Source: Camelus ferus (taxonomy: Eukaryota). From it: DNA of 64,000 nucleotides. Below are positions 63,408 to 64,000 of this stretch, piece after piece. The position numbers were made by a program, and so were the translations under genes. The notes beneath the pieces are model-generated. The model searched no databases. It was not told where the DNA came from and saw nothing but the letters and a program-made list of their open reading frames with translations. Within the stretch, counting starts at the first letter, position 1, and the number at the start of each line of letters is the position of its first letter. The stretch lies in the NCBI RefSeq assembly GCF_009834535.1, contig NC_045696.1, positions 81,222,001 to 81,286,000 of the forward strand, given 5' to 3'.

Positions 63408-63577
63408 CAGTCAGCCCTCTGTGCTCACAGTGTTAGTTGAATCCAAGGATGTGTAACCCATGGATACGGCGGGCTGACTGTACTACAACATTTACATAAA
63501 GGATTTGAGCATCTGTGGATTTTGGTATCCATGAGGGATCCTGGAATCAATCCTTTACAGGTACTGAAGGATGACTA
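63408..63577. mobile_element. Short MER2-related TcMar-Tigger MITE flanked by TA
   Basis: TA|cagtcagccc ... gatgacta|TA; contains ttgagcatctgtggattttggtatcc (reverse of the MER2 5' end). Confidence 0.85.
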
Positions 63578-63589
63578 TATTATATATCA

Positions 63590-63638
63590 TATATTATTTA
63601 TTATTATTATTACTATTACTATTATTATTATTATTATT
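63590..63638. repeat. (TAT/TAC)n trinucleotide microsatellite
   Basis: ttattattattactattactattattattattattatt. Confidence 0.92.
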
Positions 63639-64000
63639 AGGCACTGTGCCTAGGATATAGTAGATGGGTAAATATTTGTTGAATGAATTCATTTAGTTTA
63701 GAGTTAACATACAACAAATCCAAGTGCTGCCTGCAGGATGTTGTGGCAAAGTCCCAAGTTCTATCAATGCTGCGGTGAAGAGATGTGGACTTAGGCAACC
63801 AATTGAACCACTCGGGGTCTGTGTCCTTGAATCTATAAATATATAGTTCACAGGTGCTTAACCTCATCTTGAGATAATATTAGAGCATCCATATATGCTT
63901 AAGTCTCATTTAATTTTTCATACATTTTAACATTTAGTAAACTATGATTTCAAAAAAAAAAAAACTAAGCTGTATGTCATATACCACCTTTGAATGCACT

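Larger units (their letters stand above)
63215..63690 (+). mobile_element. L2 LINE 3' end, interrupted by a Tigger-type MITE and a (TAT)n repeat
   Basis: ttccccactagatt...gtaagtttcatggtgggagag before the insertion; gcactgtgcctaggatatagtagatgggtaaatatttgttgaatgaat after it. Confidence 0.75.
55848..64000 (+). other. TNIK: Intron downstream of the TNIK exon (3' end outside the window)
   Basis: Begins GTAACG; the expected next exon (DEEEEIKQEINMLKK...) is not seen in the remaining 8.1 kb. Confidence 0.85.

Noticed and set aside
1..64000. The many 60-144 aa ORFs in the six-frame track as protein-coding genes
   Set aside because: They are short, overlap on both strands and often fall in L1, L2, LTR or microsatellite sequence. 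Only ORF 55611-55877 contains a recognisable host-gene motif, and only its spliced 57-nt portion is credible.
1..64000. CRISPR array, operon or other prokaryotic or viral system
   Set aside because: No regularly spaced repeat-spacer array and no gene-dense region; the sequence is a mammalian intron.

Overview
Mammalian genomic DNA, very likely camelid (three Vic-1-type tRNA-derived SINEs and a cetartiodactyl-type L1 3' UTR). The window lies almost entirely within introns of TNIK, transcribed on the + strand. The only coding sequence I can support is one 57-bp phase-0/0 exon at 55791-55847 (GRHVKTGQLAAIKVMDVTG), kinase subdomain II with the catalytic Lys. The rest is a long upstream intron (>55 kb) and the start of the next intron (>8 kb). 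Both are filled with decayed repeats: L1, HAL1, L2, MIR, MaLR, ERV1 solo LTRs, a small ERVL provirus, hAT and Tigger MITEs, and microsatellites. There are no prokaryotic features and I cannot support a novel multi-gene system. Leads worth checking: (i) AG|GT recursive-splice or poison-exon motifs in the long intron, one beside a (UG)24 tract and one downstream of a promoter-like motif cluster; (ii) a decoy acceptor just upstream of the exon; (iii) a two-LTR ERVL provirus with an internally inverted gag segment; (iv) an LTR with an internal PPT and second LTR start; (v) a ~57-nt hairpin in unique DNA; (vi) short near-exact dispersed duplications. Repeat family names come from my recollection of consensus sequences, not a database search, and repeat boundaries are approximate unless TSDs or TIRs are quoted.
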